From a bacterium (GTDB lineage: Bacteria; Patescibacteriota; Minisyncoccia; Phycocordibacterales; UBA5272), in contig JAHFMX010000003.1 in NCBI GenBank assembly GCA_023267635.1, positions 26,139 to 90,138 of the forward strand: a stretch of 64,000 nt of DNA, in the 5' to 3' direction. The translations under genes and the position numbers were made by a program. Within the stretch, counting starts at the first letter, position 1. Each line of letters opens with the position of its first letter. Below the pieces are notes generated by a model, which made no database searches, had not been told where the DNA came from, and was given only the letters and a program-made list of their open reading frames with translations. This document shows, piece after piece, positions 9,492 through 19,376 of the stretch.

Positions 9492-11402
9492 ATGTGGCTG
9501 AAGGGGTGGAGTGTTTTTACTGATATACTGGATACCATGGAAAGACCTGAAAATGAACAAAGTGCTTTAGAGACGCTCGAGCAAACGCTCTATGACCCGA
9601 AAGGGAAAATAGATAATACAGCAATGCATCATGTGCGTGACAGAAAAGAAAAGATCTTGCCTACTTCGTGGGGTGAAGATACACCTATTATACGAGAATC
9701 TAAAGATCAAACAGGCCTCTCATTTGGCGCAAAATTTCTTATTGGCGCAACGCTTCTTCTGATTGCAGTTCTTTCATTTACTGCATGGCGTGTTCTTTCG
9801 TCTCGAAACGTTGTATCTGATAAAAATATTGATATGACACTCGATGTTACTCCGTATATTGAAGGTGGAGTTGCTACACCATTTATTGTAAGTCTTCAAA
9901 ACAGAAATGAAGTAGCGCTCACTGAAGCATCGCTCACGCTTATGTACAAACAGGGGACAGGAGCTCAAGATGAACAGGAGAAGGTTCAGGTAAAGAAAGA
10001 GTTAGGGACTGTTGATCAGGGTGATTTCAAGAGGAGTGATTTCGAAGTGACTCTGTTTGGAAGTGAAGGTGAAGCACGAGATATAACAGTAAAATTGGAA
10101 TATAAAGTAAAAGGGTCTAATGCAAAGTTTAGTAAAGTTGGTGTGACGCAGGTTGTTCTTAAAAGTCCGCCGATTTCAGTTAATATAGAAGGCCCAACCA
10201 TTTTGTCTGTTGGGCAAATCGGAACATTTACGTTCACAGTGAAAAACAACACAGGAACAACAACGGCAGCAAGTTTGCTCTTGGCAACGCTCCCTACTAA
10301 TTTTCAAATTGAAAGTACTAACCCAAAATCAAGTACACGCGGAACATTGTGGCAAATAAAGTCGCTTGAAGCCGGGGCAACAGAAGTGGTGACACTCACA
10401 GGCTCTCTTACAGGAAGCCAAGGGGAAACAGCAACCATGAAAGCACTCATTGGTTCAGTTGGGGGCTCTCTTACAGATGTTGGTGTAGTATATTCATCAG
10501 AAACATTTGATATACAGTTACGTACCTCACCACTTTCTTTATCAATGACACTCGACACAGAACGAGGTAACGGAGAAAATGTTCGCTACGGTGATCGAGC
10601 GCTTCTTTCTATTCGTTATAAAAATGGAAGCGCCTCACCACTTTTAAACAATGAGATTACGTTAAAGATTGAAGGAACAGCGGCTGTTATTAAAGACGTA
10701 AGTGGCGATAGGGGGTATTATGATTCCACAACCGGTACCATAACCTGGAGTAGGGCAACAATGCAAGAATTAGGAACACTTGCACCTAACGCCGAAGGGA
10801 CACTTCTAGTTAACATTCCAATAGTTAACAAGGGATCAAATTCACCGAAGCTTATACTTACTGTTACAGGCAAAGGAACTTCTAATGAAGTTAATGATGT
10901 GGTTGCTACGCTCTCAAAAACATTCACGGTTCAAGGAAGCGCTAGTGTTTCTGCGGCAACACAGTACAAGAGTTCACCATTTCAAAATACAGGACCAATT
11001 CCACCAGAGCCAAATGTTGATACGACATATACTGTTCATCTCACCGTTTCAGCTCAGAACGCTCTTACAAATACAAAAGTATCATTCGTACTGCCTGCAT
11101 ATGTTTCATGGAGAAATGTAGTAACGGATTCTTCTAAAACGTCCTATGATTCGAAAACTCGCACAGTAACGTGGAATGTTGGAAATCTTGATGCAGGGAA
11201 AACAACGGCAACCGATATAGGTCTTTCAGTACGCCCTTCACAGGTTCATGTTAATACAAGTCCAAACATAACGGGGGGCATTGTGCTTGATGCTGATGAG
11301 GTTGAGTCTCGCGCACACATTCGTACAACAATCTCACCACTTACTACGTTTATTTCAGGAGAAACATGGAATGTTGATCCATCAAAGGTGGTTGACAGAT
11401 AA
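9492..11402 (+). CDS. membrane-anchored surface protein with DUF11/CARDB-like repeated beta-domains
   Basis: Single N-terminal TM helix, then Thr/Ser-rich repeated domains (PPISVNIEGPTILSVGQIGTFTFTVKNNTG...); alternative start ATG 9537. Confidence 0.5.
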   Translation: MWLKGWSVFTDILDTMERPENEQSALETLEQTLYDPKGKIDNTAMHHVRDRKEKILPTSWGEDTPIIRESKDQTGLSFGAKFLIGATLLLIAVLSFTAWRVLSSRNVVSDKNIDMTLDVTPYIEGGVATPFIVSLQNRNEVALTEASLTLMYKQGTGAQDEQEKVQVKKELGTVDQGDFKRSDFEVTLFGSEGEARDITVKLEYKVKGSNAKFSKVGVTQVVLKSPPISVNIEGPTILSVGQIGTFTFTVKNNTGTTTAASLLLATLPTNFQIESTNPKSSTRGTLWQIKSLEAGATEVVTLTGSLTGSQGETATMKALIGSVGGSLTDVGVVYSSETFDIQLRTSPLSLSMTLDTERGNGENVRYGDRALLSIRYKNGSASPLLNNEITLKIEGTAAVIKDVSGDRGYYDSTTGTITWSRATMQELGTLAPNAEGTLLVNIPIVNKGSNSPKLILTVTGKGTSNEVNDVVATLSKTFTVQGSASVSAATQYKSSPFQNTGPIPPEPNVDTTYTVHLTVSAQNALTNTKVSFVLPAYVSWRNVVTDSSKTSYDSKTRTVTWNVGNLDAGKTTATDIGLSVRPSQVHVNTSPNITGGIVLDADEVESRAHIRTTISPLTTFISGETWNVDPSKVVDR

Positions 11403-11445
11403 AAGCTCCGTGGCAAAGGGTGTCTGGCTATGTTAGGATACAAGT

Positions 11446-12495
11446 ATGAAAGAATCTATGAGGGTAACAATTACATCGGGGACAATTATCAAATTTATTT
11501 TGTGGATTGCTATATTTGCAGCGTTATTTTACGTTCGTGATTTCGTCATAGCGCTTCTTGTTGCGGTGGTGCTTGCTTCCGCTGCAGAGATGCCAGTGAA
11601 GACAATGATGAAGTGGGGATTATCACGCGGTATTTCTGTTTCTCTCCTTTTTCTTTCCTTCATTGCGATTATTGCTTCAATTGCGCTTATCTTTGTTCCA
11701 CCGCTCGCAGACGACATTGCACGTTTTGTTCAAACACTTCCGCAGCTTCTTAATTCAATAAGAATCTTTGGTAGCGATATGGGCTTCCGCGATCTCTCCC
11801 TTGCTGTGCAAGAACTCTCAAAAACTATTGATAAAGGCCAGATCCTTACTATCCTTAAAAACACCCTTGTGGGAACAACTGGTATCTTTGCAACCTCAGC
11901 TGCAGTAATCGGAGGAGTGGTAAATCTTCTTCTTACGTTTGTTCTCGCATTCTATCTCGCACTTGAAGAGCGGGGAGTACAAAAGTTTCTTTCTCTTATT
12001 GTGCCAAAGACAAACGAGAAATATGTAGAAGATCTCTGGATGCGCTCACAGCAAAAGATTGGACTCTGGATGCAGGGGCAACTTCTCCTATCGCTCCTTG
12101 TTGCACTTTTGGTCTATATTCCGATGCTCATCCTAGGTATGCCATACGCTGCACTTCTTGGTGTGCTTGCTTTTGGAGGTGAACTCATCCCAATGGTTGG
12201 TTTAACATTTGCGACTATTCCTGCACTCTTCATTGCATGGACTCATGGAGGGCTTCCATTACTTGGAATCGTAGCACTTATTTACTTCATTATTTCTCAG
12301 CTCGAGAATCATGTTCTGTATCCTCGTGTGATGAATAAAATGGTGGGCGTTCCATCAGTGATTGTTATTATTGCGCTGGTGATAGGGGCAAAGTTTGCAG
12401 GAATCTGGGGTGTAATCCTCTCAGTTCCTCTCGCTGCTATTTTTATGGAGCTGGCCTCAGATCATAATAAAAGAAAACAAGAACCACTCGGTTAA
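11446..12495 (+). CDS. AI-2E family transporter (PerM/UPF0118)
   Basis: About 350 aa, multiple TM helices, conserved GQLLLSLLVALLVYIPML and C-terminal core of AI-2E proteins. Confidence 0.6.
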   Translation: MKESMRVTITSGTIIKFILWIAIFAALFYVRDFVIALLVAVVLASAAEMPVKTMMKWGLSRGISVSLLFLSFIAIIASIALIFVPPLADDIARFVQTLPQLLNSIRIFGSDMGFRDLSLAVQELSKTIDKGQILTILKNTLVGTTGIFATSAAVIGGVVNLLLTFVLAFYLALEERGVQKFLSLIVPKTNEKYVEDLWMRSQQKIGLWMQGQLLLSLLVALLVYIPMLILGMPYAALLGVLAFGGELIPMVGLTFATIPALFIAWTHGGLPLLGIVALIYFIISQLENHVLYPRVMNKMVGVPSVIVIIALVIGAKFAGIWGVILSVPLAAIFMELASDHNKRKQEPLG

Positions 12496-12505
12496 GAGCT
12501 ATTCT

Positions 12506-13984
12506 ATGAGTGATAAGAAACCTTTCTACATTACAACAACACTTCCGTATGTGAATTCCGACCCGCATATTGGATTCGCTATGGAAATTATCCGTGCAGA
12601 TGTAATTGCTCGATGGAAACGAGCGCAAGGGTATGATGTATTTTTCAATACAGGTACCGACGAGCACGGTGCAAAGATTTATCAGAACGCAACGGCTCAA
12701 GGGGTGAGCGTACAGACATATGTCGATGGTTATGCGGCAACATTTAAAGAGCTTACCAAGGCGCTCAATATTAGTGATATACACTTTATTCGCACAACGG
12801 ATGAAAAACATGTACAGGCTGCAGTTGAAATGTGGAAGCGTTGCTATGACAATGGCTTCATCTATAAAAAAACATATCAGACAAAATATTGTGTTGGGTG
12901 TGAACTTAATAAAACTGATAGCGAGCTTGAGAACGGAAAATGTCCAATTCATCCAAATCGGGAGATTGAACTCATTGACGAAGAAAACTATTTCTTCAAG
13001 TTTTCAGAATTCCAAAAACCTCTTCTTGATTTTTATGCTAGTCACTCAGATTTTGTTATTCCAGATTTTCGTTTTAATGAAATAAAAAGTTTTATTGAGC
13101 GAGGTCTTGAAGATTTTTCTATTTCTCGTTTAAAGAGCAAGATGTCGTGGGGTGTTCCAGTTCCAGGAGACGACGATCATGTTATGTACGTGTGGTTTGA
13201 TGCGCTCACTAGTTATATTTCAACACTCGATTGGCCAGATGAAGCAGGGAGTTTCAACTACTGGAAAGAGGGTGCTCCAGTGCAGTATTGTGGTAAAGAT
13301 AATCTTCGTCAGCAATCTGCTATGTGGCAAGCTATGCTCATGGCTTCTGGTTTGCCAAACTCACGCCATATCGTTATTAACGGATTTATTATTTCAGGCG
13401 GACAGAAGATGAGTAAGTCTATTGGAAATGTTATCAATCCTTTTGATGTACTTGAGATGTTTAAAGAGGTGACTGACTACCCAGAAGATGTACTCCGATT
13501 TATTTTGCTCCACGAAGTGCCTTCGTTTGAAGACGGAGATATAACTATTGATTCAATTAAGACCGCCTACACGGCGTACCTTGCAAACGGAATCGGAAAT
13601 CTTACTAACAGAATTATGAAGATGGCTACTACCTATGGTGTTTTGTATACAGACTACCTAGGAGGGGGTGAGTTAGACGAAAAACAATATAATTATCCTG
13701 GCGTATGGTCTAAAGATTATGAATCTTTTAATTTAAATTCTGCAATTAAAAATCTCTTTGGAACTTTTGCTGCTCTAGATGTGTATATTCAACGCGAAGA
13801 ACCATTTAAAAAAATAAAATTAGATGAATCAGAAGCAAAAAAAGATGTCGCGTATTTACTACATCATCTTCTACAGTCTTCTTATGAGTTAGAGGTATTT
13901 TTGCCAAAAACAGCTATCTTTATAAGAAATTGTGTTCATGAGAATAAGATGCCAGAGAAGCCTCTCTTCGCACGGCTTCCATAA
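12506..13984 (+). CDS. metG: methionyl-tRNA synthetase (short form lacking C-terminal tRNA-binding domain)
   Basis: PYVNSDPHIGFA HIGH region, CxxC zinc knuckles, KMSKSIGNVI. Confidence 0.9.
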   Translation: MSDKKPFYITTTLPYVNSDPHIGFAMEIIRADVIARWKRAQGYDVFFNTGTDEHGAKIYQNATAQGVSVQTYVDGYAATFKELTKALNISDIHFIRTTDEKHVQAAVEMWKRCYDNGFIYKKTYQTKYCVGCELNKTDSELENGKCPIHPNREIELIDEENYFFKFSEFQKPLLDFYASHSDFVIPDFRFNEIKSFIERGLEDFSISRLKSKMSWGVPVPGDDDHVMYVWFDALTSYISTLDWPDEAGSFNYWKEGAPVQYCGKDNLRQQSAMWQAMLMASGLPNSRHIVINGFIISGGQKMSKSIGNVINPFDVLEMFKEVTDYPEDVLRFILLHEVPSFEDGDITIDSIKTAYTAYLANGIGNLTNRIMKMATTYGVLYTDYLGGGELDEKQYNYPGVWSKDYESFNLNSAIKNLFGTFAALDVYIQREEPFKKIKLDESEAKKDVAYLLHHLLQSSYELEVFLPKTAIFIRNCVHENKMPEKPLFARLP

Positions 13985-14356
13985 TTGACTATGAAAAAAA
14001 TCTACAACAAACTTGTGCGAGATAAGATGATTGATATCTACAAGCATGATGTTGAGAACAAGATAAGCGCAAGCGACTACAGTATTCGCTATATGGAGCG
14101 CGAAGAAACGCTGGAGCGTTTGAAAGATAAATTACTTGAAGAAGCTCAGGAAGTTTTTGAAGCCTACGGAAACGAGGATAAGACTCATCTTAAAGAAGAG
14201 ATTGCTGATGTGATTGAAGTTATTGATGCTATTTTATTTCATAATGATATTTCACTTTCGGAAGTTCTAGCTATTCGAGATGCAAAAAAGGAAAAGAAAG
14301 GGGGTTTTGAGAAGGGGCTATTTCTAGAAAGTATTGATTACTTTGATAAAGAATAA
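13985..14356 (+). CDS. MazG-like nucleotide pyrophosphohydrolase
   Basis: EEAQEVFEA...EEIADVIEVIDAIL double-EExxE/D all-alpha NTP-PPase pattern. Confidence 0.5.
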   Translation: MTMKKIYNKLVRDKMIDIYKHDVENKISASDYSIRYMEREETLERLKDKLLEEAQEVFEAYGNEDKTHLKEEIADVIEVIDAILFHNDISLSEVLAIRDAKKEKKGGFEKGLFLESIDYFDKE

Positions 14357-14358
14357 TT

Positions 14359-14967
14359 ATGATCTCAAATAAGCAAGGATTAATAGAAATCGGAAAGCTT
14401 GTTTTTGCTTTTGCACGAGTAAAGCGCGTAACGTTATACGAAGATGGAATAACTCCAGAATCTGATACTGATCACACGGTCATGTTATCCATTTGTGCGT
14501 GTTCTTTAGCTTCAAAACTATACCCGAACCTTGATATTGGTAAGGTTGCTCAATTTGCTATTATTCATGATTTGGTTGAAGCGTACGCTGGGGATACGAA
14601 TACATTTAATTTAAGTGACGCTGGAAGGGTTGAAAAAGAAAAGCGCGAAGAAGAAGCTCTTACAAGAATACAATCAGAATTTAATGGTGTGTATCCTTGG
14701 ATTCCGACAACGATAGAAGAGTATGAATCATTACAGACTGATGAAGCACAATTTGTGAAAGTCGTTGATAAAGTGATGACGAAGTTAACGCACCGAATGA
14801 ATGCGGGGGCATATTTAAAAAAGGAAGGTAAAACAAAAGAAGAAACACTGTCTCATTATGGAAATCAAACTAAATCATTAGGAGATACATATGGAGATAA
14901 GTTTCCAGAAATAATAGAAATTTTGACACAATTAACAGATGATATCCTTAAAGAAGCATATGCATAA
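14359..14967 (+). CDS. HD-domain phosphohydrolase (YfbR-like 5'-deoxynucleotidase)
   Basis: ESDTDHT and IHDLVEAYAGD (H...HD...D) HD motifs. Confidence 0.6.
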   Translation: MISNKQGLIEIGKLVFAFARVKRVTLYEDGITPESDTDHTVMLSICACSLASKLYPNLDIGKVAQFAIIHDLVEAYAGDTNTFNLSDAGRVEKEKREEEALTRIQSEFNGVYPWIPTTIEEYESLQTDEAQFVKVVDKVMTKLTHRMNAGAYLKKEGKTKEETLSHYGNQTKSLGDTYGDKFPEIIEILTQLTDDILKEAYA

Positions 14968-15769
14968 TTTTATTGATGTCCATTCACATATTCACGATAA
15001 AGCATTCGACGAAGATCGAGATGCGGTTATTTTAGAAATGGAGGAGAAAGGATTTGCAACAATTACTGTGGGAACAGATATAGTAGAAAGTAAAAAAGCA
15101 GTAGAGACTGCTGAGAAATATTCTCATGTGTGGGCAACGGTGGGAATGCACCCCGTTGATAATCGTACAGAAATATTTGATCGAGATGCATATAAAGCCT
15201 TACTTATACATCCAAAGGTTGTAGCACTCGGGGAGTGTGGGTTGGATTATTTTCACATTAAAGATTTTGAAGGAAACAAAGATGCAGAGATTGATAGGCA
15301 GCACACTCTTTTCATGGAGCAAATAGAATTAGCCGCAGAGTGTGATAAGCCACTTATGCTTCACGGGCGACCTGATGTTGAAATGGATGCATATGAGGAT
15401 ATGCTTTTCATTCTCAAAAATGCAAAAGCTCGCCTCGGAGACAAAGTACGAGGGAATGCTCATTTTTTCGTAGGGGACATGAATATTGCGCAGCAGTTCA
15501 ATGATCTTGGGTTTACTGTTTCTTTTTCTGGTGTGGTTACGTTTGCAAAAATGTATGAAGAACTGGTTCGTACTATTCCGCTCGATATGATTCATGCTGA
15601 AACAGATAGTCCATATGCAACACCTGTGCCTCATCGAGGAAAAAGGAACACCCCGCTCTATGTTGAACACATCTATGAGAAGATTGCAGAAATAAAAGGT
15701 ATCACCAAAGAAGAGGTGAGGGTGCAATTAGTGAAAAATGCCGTACGGGTATTTGGTTTGACAAACTAA
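14960..15769 (+). CDS. tatD: TatD family deoxyribonuclease
   Basis: FIDVHSHI N-terminal metal-binding motif, GECGLDY, HAETDSPY; typically follows metG; ATG 14960 chosen. Confidence 0.8.
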   Translation: MHNFIDVHSHIHDKAFDEDRDAVILEMEEKGFATITVGTDIVESKKAVETAEKYSHVWATVGMHPVDNRTEIFDRDAYKALLIHPKVVALGECGLDYFHIKDFEGNKDAEIDRQHTLFMEQIELAAECDKPLMLHGRPDVEMDAYEDMLFILKNAKARLGDKVRGNAHFFVGDMNIAQQFNDLGFTVSFSGVVTFAKMYEELVRTIPLDMIHAETDSPYATPVPHRGKRNTPLYVEHIYEKIAEIKGITKEEVRVQLVKNAVRVFGLTN

Positions 15770-15824
15770 GCGTAAAAGAGCAGGATAGGGGCAGTTGTAA
15801 CTTTCCCTTGAAAGGGGGTGTGTC

Positions 15825-16223
15825 ATGAGACAAAGAGATACCTCTTCTGAGGAGAGGCGCTATGAATGTTTGTGTGGAGTAATTGAGCCACCGCCGAACC
15901 CTCAGCTTTCTCTCGGAATGATAGGGCTCATGCGGGGTGGTGGATTGAGGGTGTCTCCCGATGACCCAGGACTTGCGAAAATTCAAGCTGGGAAAATGAG
16001 GATGATCATCGTCAAAGATGGAAGAATCATTGCTGTCTTTGGTCGTCCGCGCATCAAACTTTTGCGAATGCTTGAGCAAGGTGTTGCGGTCACTCAAGAT
16101 CTCATTGATTGCTTCAGTCCGATGTATCCAAAGCCAGAAAAGGTATTCCGTACGACGTATAAATGGAGGGGAAGCCCCGAATATCGTCGTTGGAAACGTA
16201 CGCAAGAAGGCAGCACCTTCTGA
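15825..16223 (+). CDS. hypothetical protein, GC-rich ORF (possible horizontally acquired gene or mis-called structured RNA)
   Basis: RBS aaggggg 7 nt before ATG; terminator immediately downstream; no recognisable family; GC content clearly above neighbours. Confidence 0.3.
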   Translation: MRQRDTSSEERRYECLCGVIEPPPNPQLSLGMIGLMRGGGLRVSPDDPGLAKIQAGKMRMIIVKDGRIIAVFGRPRIKLLRMLEQGVAVTQDLIDCFSPMYPKPEKVFRTTYKWRGSPEYRRWKRTQEGSTF

Positions 16224-16246
16224 AAATCTTTTCTGGAACAGAATGA

Positions 16247-16277
16247 GGCCCCACTTCGGTGGGGTCTTTCTTTTTGT
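16247..16277 (+). terminator. Rho-independent terminator (UUCG tetraloop)
   Basis: ggccccac uucg gtggggtc followed by tttctttttg. Confidence 0.6.
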
Positions 16278-16303
16278 CTAAAATCGTGTTATAATACAGC
16301 ACT

Positions 16304-16816
16304 ATGACAGAAATTAATGAAACCACAGTAGACAGTCGTGTATATGAAATATCTTTCATCTTTGATAACAAACTAGATGAGGGCACGGCGCTTGAAAAGA
16401 GTAACGCACTCAAGCAGTCTATTGCTACCCTAGGCGGTAGCTTCATTTCTGAGGAGACCCCGTACATGCGGGAGCTCGCTTATGAAATGATTCGCGTTGT
16501 TAACAATGTGAACGTTCGTTTTAATGAAGGATACTTCGGATGGATCAAGTTTGAACTTGATGGAGCCAAGATCAAGGACTTCGAAAAGGCTATCAAGCTC
16601 GACGAAGAAGTTGTTCGTTACATCGTTGTAAAGACAGTTCGCGACAACACTGTGTACACAAAGCGTGCGCCAGTGGTTAAAGCAGAATCTCTCGTTAACA
16701 ACGAAGATGATGTAAACATCGATACAACAAAGGAGGCAGACGTTGTTGCAACAGAAGCTCCGAAAGAAGTAGAAGAAACAAAGGTAGAATCAGTGCCTAG
16801 CGAGGAGACAAAATAA
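16304..16816 (+). CDS. rpsF: 30S ribosomal protein S6 with acidic C-terminal tail
   Basis: YEISFIF...GGSFISEE...RELAYEM pattern; -10 tataat upstream; rpsF-ssb-rpsR synteny. Confidence 0.8.
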   Translation: MTEINETTVDSRVYEISFIFDNKLDEGTALEKSNALKQSIATLGGSFISEETPYMRELAYEMIRVVNNVNVRFNEGYFGWIKFELDGAKIKDFEKAIKLDEEVVRYIVVKTVRDNTVYTKRAPVVKAESLVNNEDDVNIDTTKEADVVATEAPKEVEETKVESVPSEETK

Positions 16817-16832
16817 GGAGTAAACTTATTCT

Positions 16833-17303
16833 ATGTACCTCAATAAAGCATTTTTATTCGGAAACCTAACCCGTGACCCAGAGATGAAATCTCTTCCTAA
16901 CGGAAATAAGGTGACTTCGTTTTCTTTAGCAACTAATCGTGTCTACAAGGATCAGGCAGGAAACAAACAAGAACAAGTTGAATACCACAATATCGTAGTA
17001 TTCGGACGCCAAGCAGAGACAAGTGCTCAGTACCTTAAGAAAGGTCAGGGTGTGATGATCGAAGGCCGCATCCAAACTCGTTCTTGGGATGACAAGACGA
17101 CAGGTGAGAAGAAATACAGAACAGAAGTTGTTGCAGACGCTGTACAGTTTGGTCCAAAAGGACAAGGCGCAGCCGCTCCAGCCTCTGGTGAGTTTTCTCC
17201 AACACAGTCATCAAACGCACAAACTGCACCATCAACGATTCCTGATCTTGAAACAATCGATTACGGAGATGCAAACATCAATGTAGACGATATTCCATTC
17301 TAA
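16833..17303 (+). CDS. ssb: single-stranded DNA-binding protein
   Basis: OB-fold N-terminus, Gly/Pro/Gln-rich linker, C-terminal DDIPF acidic tip. Confidence 0.9.
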   Translation: MYLNKAFLFGNLTRDPEMKSLPNGNKVTSFSLATNRVYKDQAGNKQEQVEYHNIVVFGRQAETSAQYLKKGQGVMIEGRIQTRSWDDKTTGEKKYRTEVVADAVQFGPKGQGAAAPASGEFSPTQSSNAQTAPSTIPDLETIDYGDANINVDDIPF

Positions 17304-17314
17304 TTACCACCACT

Positions 17315-17518
17315 ATGCATAAACAAGATTATTTTAACCAAAACAACATCAAGTTCATCGACTACAAGGATACAGAAATCCTCGCTAAGTTCTTGAACCC
17401 ACATGCTCGTATTCTCAATCGTCGAAAGACTGGCCTTACGGCAAAGAATCAGCGATCTCTTGCGAACGCAATCAAGCGTTCACGGTTTATGGGGCTTCTC
17501 CCATACGTAGCTCACTAA
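17315..17518 (+). CDS. rpsR: 30S ribosomal protein S18
   Basis: [13 protein letters not shown]...[12 protein letters not shown]...[13 protein letters not shown]. Confidence 0.85.
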   Translation: MHKQDYFNQNNIKFIDYKDTEILAKFLNPHARILNRRKTGLTAKNQRSLANAIKRSRFMGLLPYVAH

Positions 17519-17661
17519 AACTACAAAATCACTTCATCTGCTTCGTTGCACAAGATTTTTTCTCCCGCGAAGTACTATTCGTACATCTTGGTCTAAAAAA
17601 TCTTGTGCGCCTCGCATCTAAAGCAATTTTCTAGTTTTAGCAAGAAATAGAGAGTTTAAGT

Positions 17662-17692
17662 AAAATCAGCCTTTACGGCTGATTTTACTTTC
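17662..17692 (+). terminator. putative terminator of the rpsF-ssb-rpsR operon
   Basis: atcagcc tttac ggctgat then ttttactttc. Confidence 0.4.
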
Positions 17693-17726
17693 TTGCTTGT
17701 AATTTGATATATATACTTCTTTACAT

Positions 17727-18032
17727 ATGGAACAAATGCCACAAAATCAGAACTCTCCATCTAAGCGAGAGTCAGTAATTGAAAACATAGGTTATGATAT
17801 CAAAGTTTTAGAAGGTGTAATAAATAGTAAGGAGGGGAAGCTTTATGCGGGACCTGATTTTCTTGAAAAGTTCAAGACAAATCTCTCTAAACTGCAAAAA
17901 GTTCAGCTTACAGATGAAGAGTGGAATAAATTATCTGAGCTCTCGGATAACTTAGAGTCTGCTGGCAATGAAAATGATATTCAGGCTCTTCATTATGCTA
18001 GCCTTATTATTGAGGTGCTTGAAAATAAATAA
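17727..18032 (+). CDS. hypothetical acidic protein
   Basis: ORF with downstream terminator; no SD; no recognisable family. Confidence 0.3.
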   Translation: MEQMPQNQNSPSKRESVIENIGYDIKVLEGVINSKEGKLYAGPDFLEKFKTNLSKLQKVQLTDEEWNKLSELSDNLESAGNENDIQALHYASLIIEVLENK

Positions 18033-18048
18033 CTTTGTATAATACAAA

Positions 18049-18082
18049 AAAGCAGCCTTCCAAAAAGGCTGCTTTTTTGTTA
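18049..18082 (+). terminator. Rho-independent terminator
   Basis: aaaaagcagcc ttccaaaaa ggctgcttttttg. Confidence 0.6.
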
Positions 18083-18125
18083 GTATTACAACTATTAATT
18101 AGGTACCACTAACCATCAAATTACT

Positions 18126-18737
18126 ATGCACCCAAAGAAAGAACGAACATTTGTTATTTTAAAGCCAGACACTATTCAGCGTGGACTTATTGGAGAAATT
18201 ATTTCTCGCTTTGAAAGAATTGGTCTTAAGGTTGTTGGTATGAAAATGCACATGGCAGACGAGGAAAAGCTCTGGGCTCACTACAACAAGGATGATGCAT
18301 GGTTCCTTAAGAAAGGTGAGAAGATTCTTATTAATAAGCAATCTCTAGGCCACACTATCGATAAGGAGGCGATTGAATATGGTAAGGATATTATCCGTGC
18401 TGTTGTGTCATACATGCGCGCAGGTCCAGTAGTTTCACTTGTCCTTGAAGGGAACAATGCTGCTGCGGTTGTGAAGCGTCTTGTTGGTGGAACAGAACCA
18501 GCAACAGCTGATAGTGGAACTATCCGCGGAGATTTCGCGATTGATTCATACTACCTATGTGATGTTGATGGTTCACGAGGAATGCGTAACCTTATTCACT
18601 GTACTGATCCAGCTGATGGAGAAGGGGCGCAGGAGCGAGAAATTGGTATCTGGTTTACAGAGGAAGAAATTGTAAAATATCGCCTTGTTTCAGAAGCAAT
18701 GCTTTATGATGTGAACTTGGACGGTATTCTCGAATAA
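18126..18737 (+). CDS. ndk: nucleoside diphosphate kinase (long form with insertions)
   Basis: ERTFVILKPD...QRGLIGEIISRFE, GTIRGDFAID, NLIHCTD (active-site His region). Confidence 0.8.
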   Translation: MHPKKERTFVILKPDTIQRGLIGEIISRFERIGLKVVGMKMHMADEEKLWAHYNKDDAWFLKKGEKILINKQSLGHTIDKEAIEYGKDIIRAVVSYMRAGPVVSLVLEGNNAAAVVKRLVGGTEPATADSGTIRGDFAIDSYYLCDVDGSRGMRNLIHCTDPADGEGAQEREIGIWFTEEEIVKYRLVSEAMLYDVNLDGILE

Positions 18738-18755
18738 TAAAATCATTAAAAAATA

Positions 18756-18780
18756 CAGACAGAAATGTCTGCATTTTTTT
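18756..18780 (+). terminator. Rho-independent terminator after ndk (GAAA loop)
   Basis: cagaca gaaa tgtctg ca ttttttt. Confidence 0.5.
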
Positions 18781-18816
18781 ATTTGTCTTTTTTAAAGAAC
18801 TAGATATAATAAAAAC

Positions 18817-18975
18817 AGGGAGGTTAGGTATTTTTCTGGATACTGCATCCTAGGGTTGTGGAATATTGAGAACTGCACTGTGGTGCTATTCGTTTCCTAC
18901 CCACCTGACTTAAAACATCAGGAAGATGCCCTAGTCTCCCAAGAAAAAAGCCGCTCATTTGAGCGGCTTTTTTCT
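18817..18975 (+). ncRNA. candidate small non-coding RNA or riboswitch-like leader (unassigned)
   Basis: Sigma70-like promoter TTGTCT-16-TATAAT (18783..18810), no ORF, 11-bp terminal helix 18818..18828/18930..18940, intrinsic terminator 18944..18974. Confidence 0.3.
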
Positions 18976-19017
18976 TTCCCACTAGTAACTACAGACTAGT
19001 AACTATATACTGTTAGC

Positions 19018-19374
19018 ATGAAACAGATTATTACTTCCGCGCTTTACCTCCTTACATTATTTGCTGTCTCCCGCTTCGTGTTTGAGCCAACCTATCTCTA
19101 TTATGAATTGCGATGGTTAGACATTCCGATGCATATCATGGGAGGCTTTGGGGTGGCGTCTCTTGCGTCTGCTGTGCTTACTTACTTCAATAAACCTGTA
19201 TCATTTTGGAAACTTTTCATTATATACACTGTTGTTGCTGTGGCGTGGGAATTATATGAATATGTACAAGATATCGTAACGTATGCAGAATGGAATGGAG
19301 TATTTGATACAGCACAAGATTATGTGAATGGCCTTATCGGTATGAGTATTGCTTATCTATTTGTTCGTAAATAA
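19018..19374 (+). CDS. small integral membrane protein (VanZ-like?)
   Basis: Three to four predicted TM helices; no strong motif. Confidence 0.35.
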   Translation: MKQIITSALYLLTLFAVSRFVFEPTYLYYELRWLDIPMHIMGGFGVASLASAVLTYFNKPVSFWKLFIIYTVVAVAWELYEYVQDIVTYAEWNGVFDTAQDYVNGLIGMSIAYLFVRK

Positions 19375-19376
19375 GT

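Noticed and set aside
9492-9536. Alternative start ATG 9537 for the surface protein gene
   Set aside because: Neither start has a convincing SD. The longer ORF is kept because the upstream start is only 5 nt downstream of the recO-like gene stop, a spacing that would allow translational coupling; unresolved.
15780-16280. RNase P RNA, tmRNA or SRP RNA in the GC-rich island
   Set aside because: Neither strand contains the P4 GGAAAGUCCGG / ACAGAACCCGGCUUA blocks, a tRNA-like T-arm, or the SRP domain IV GGAAGCAGC motif. A clean SD-ATG-stop-terminator layout instead favours a protein gene.
18817-18975. Assigning the promoter-terminator transcript as 4.5S/SRP RNA
   Set aside because: There is a paired 5'/3' terminal helix, but no GNRA-capped helix with the GGAAGCAGC-type domain IV motif could be located on either strand.
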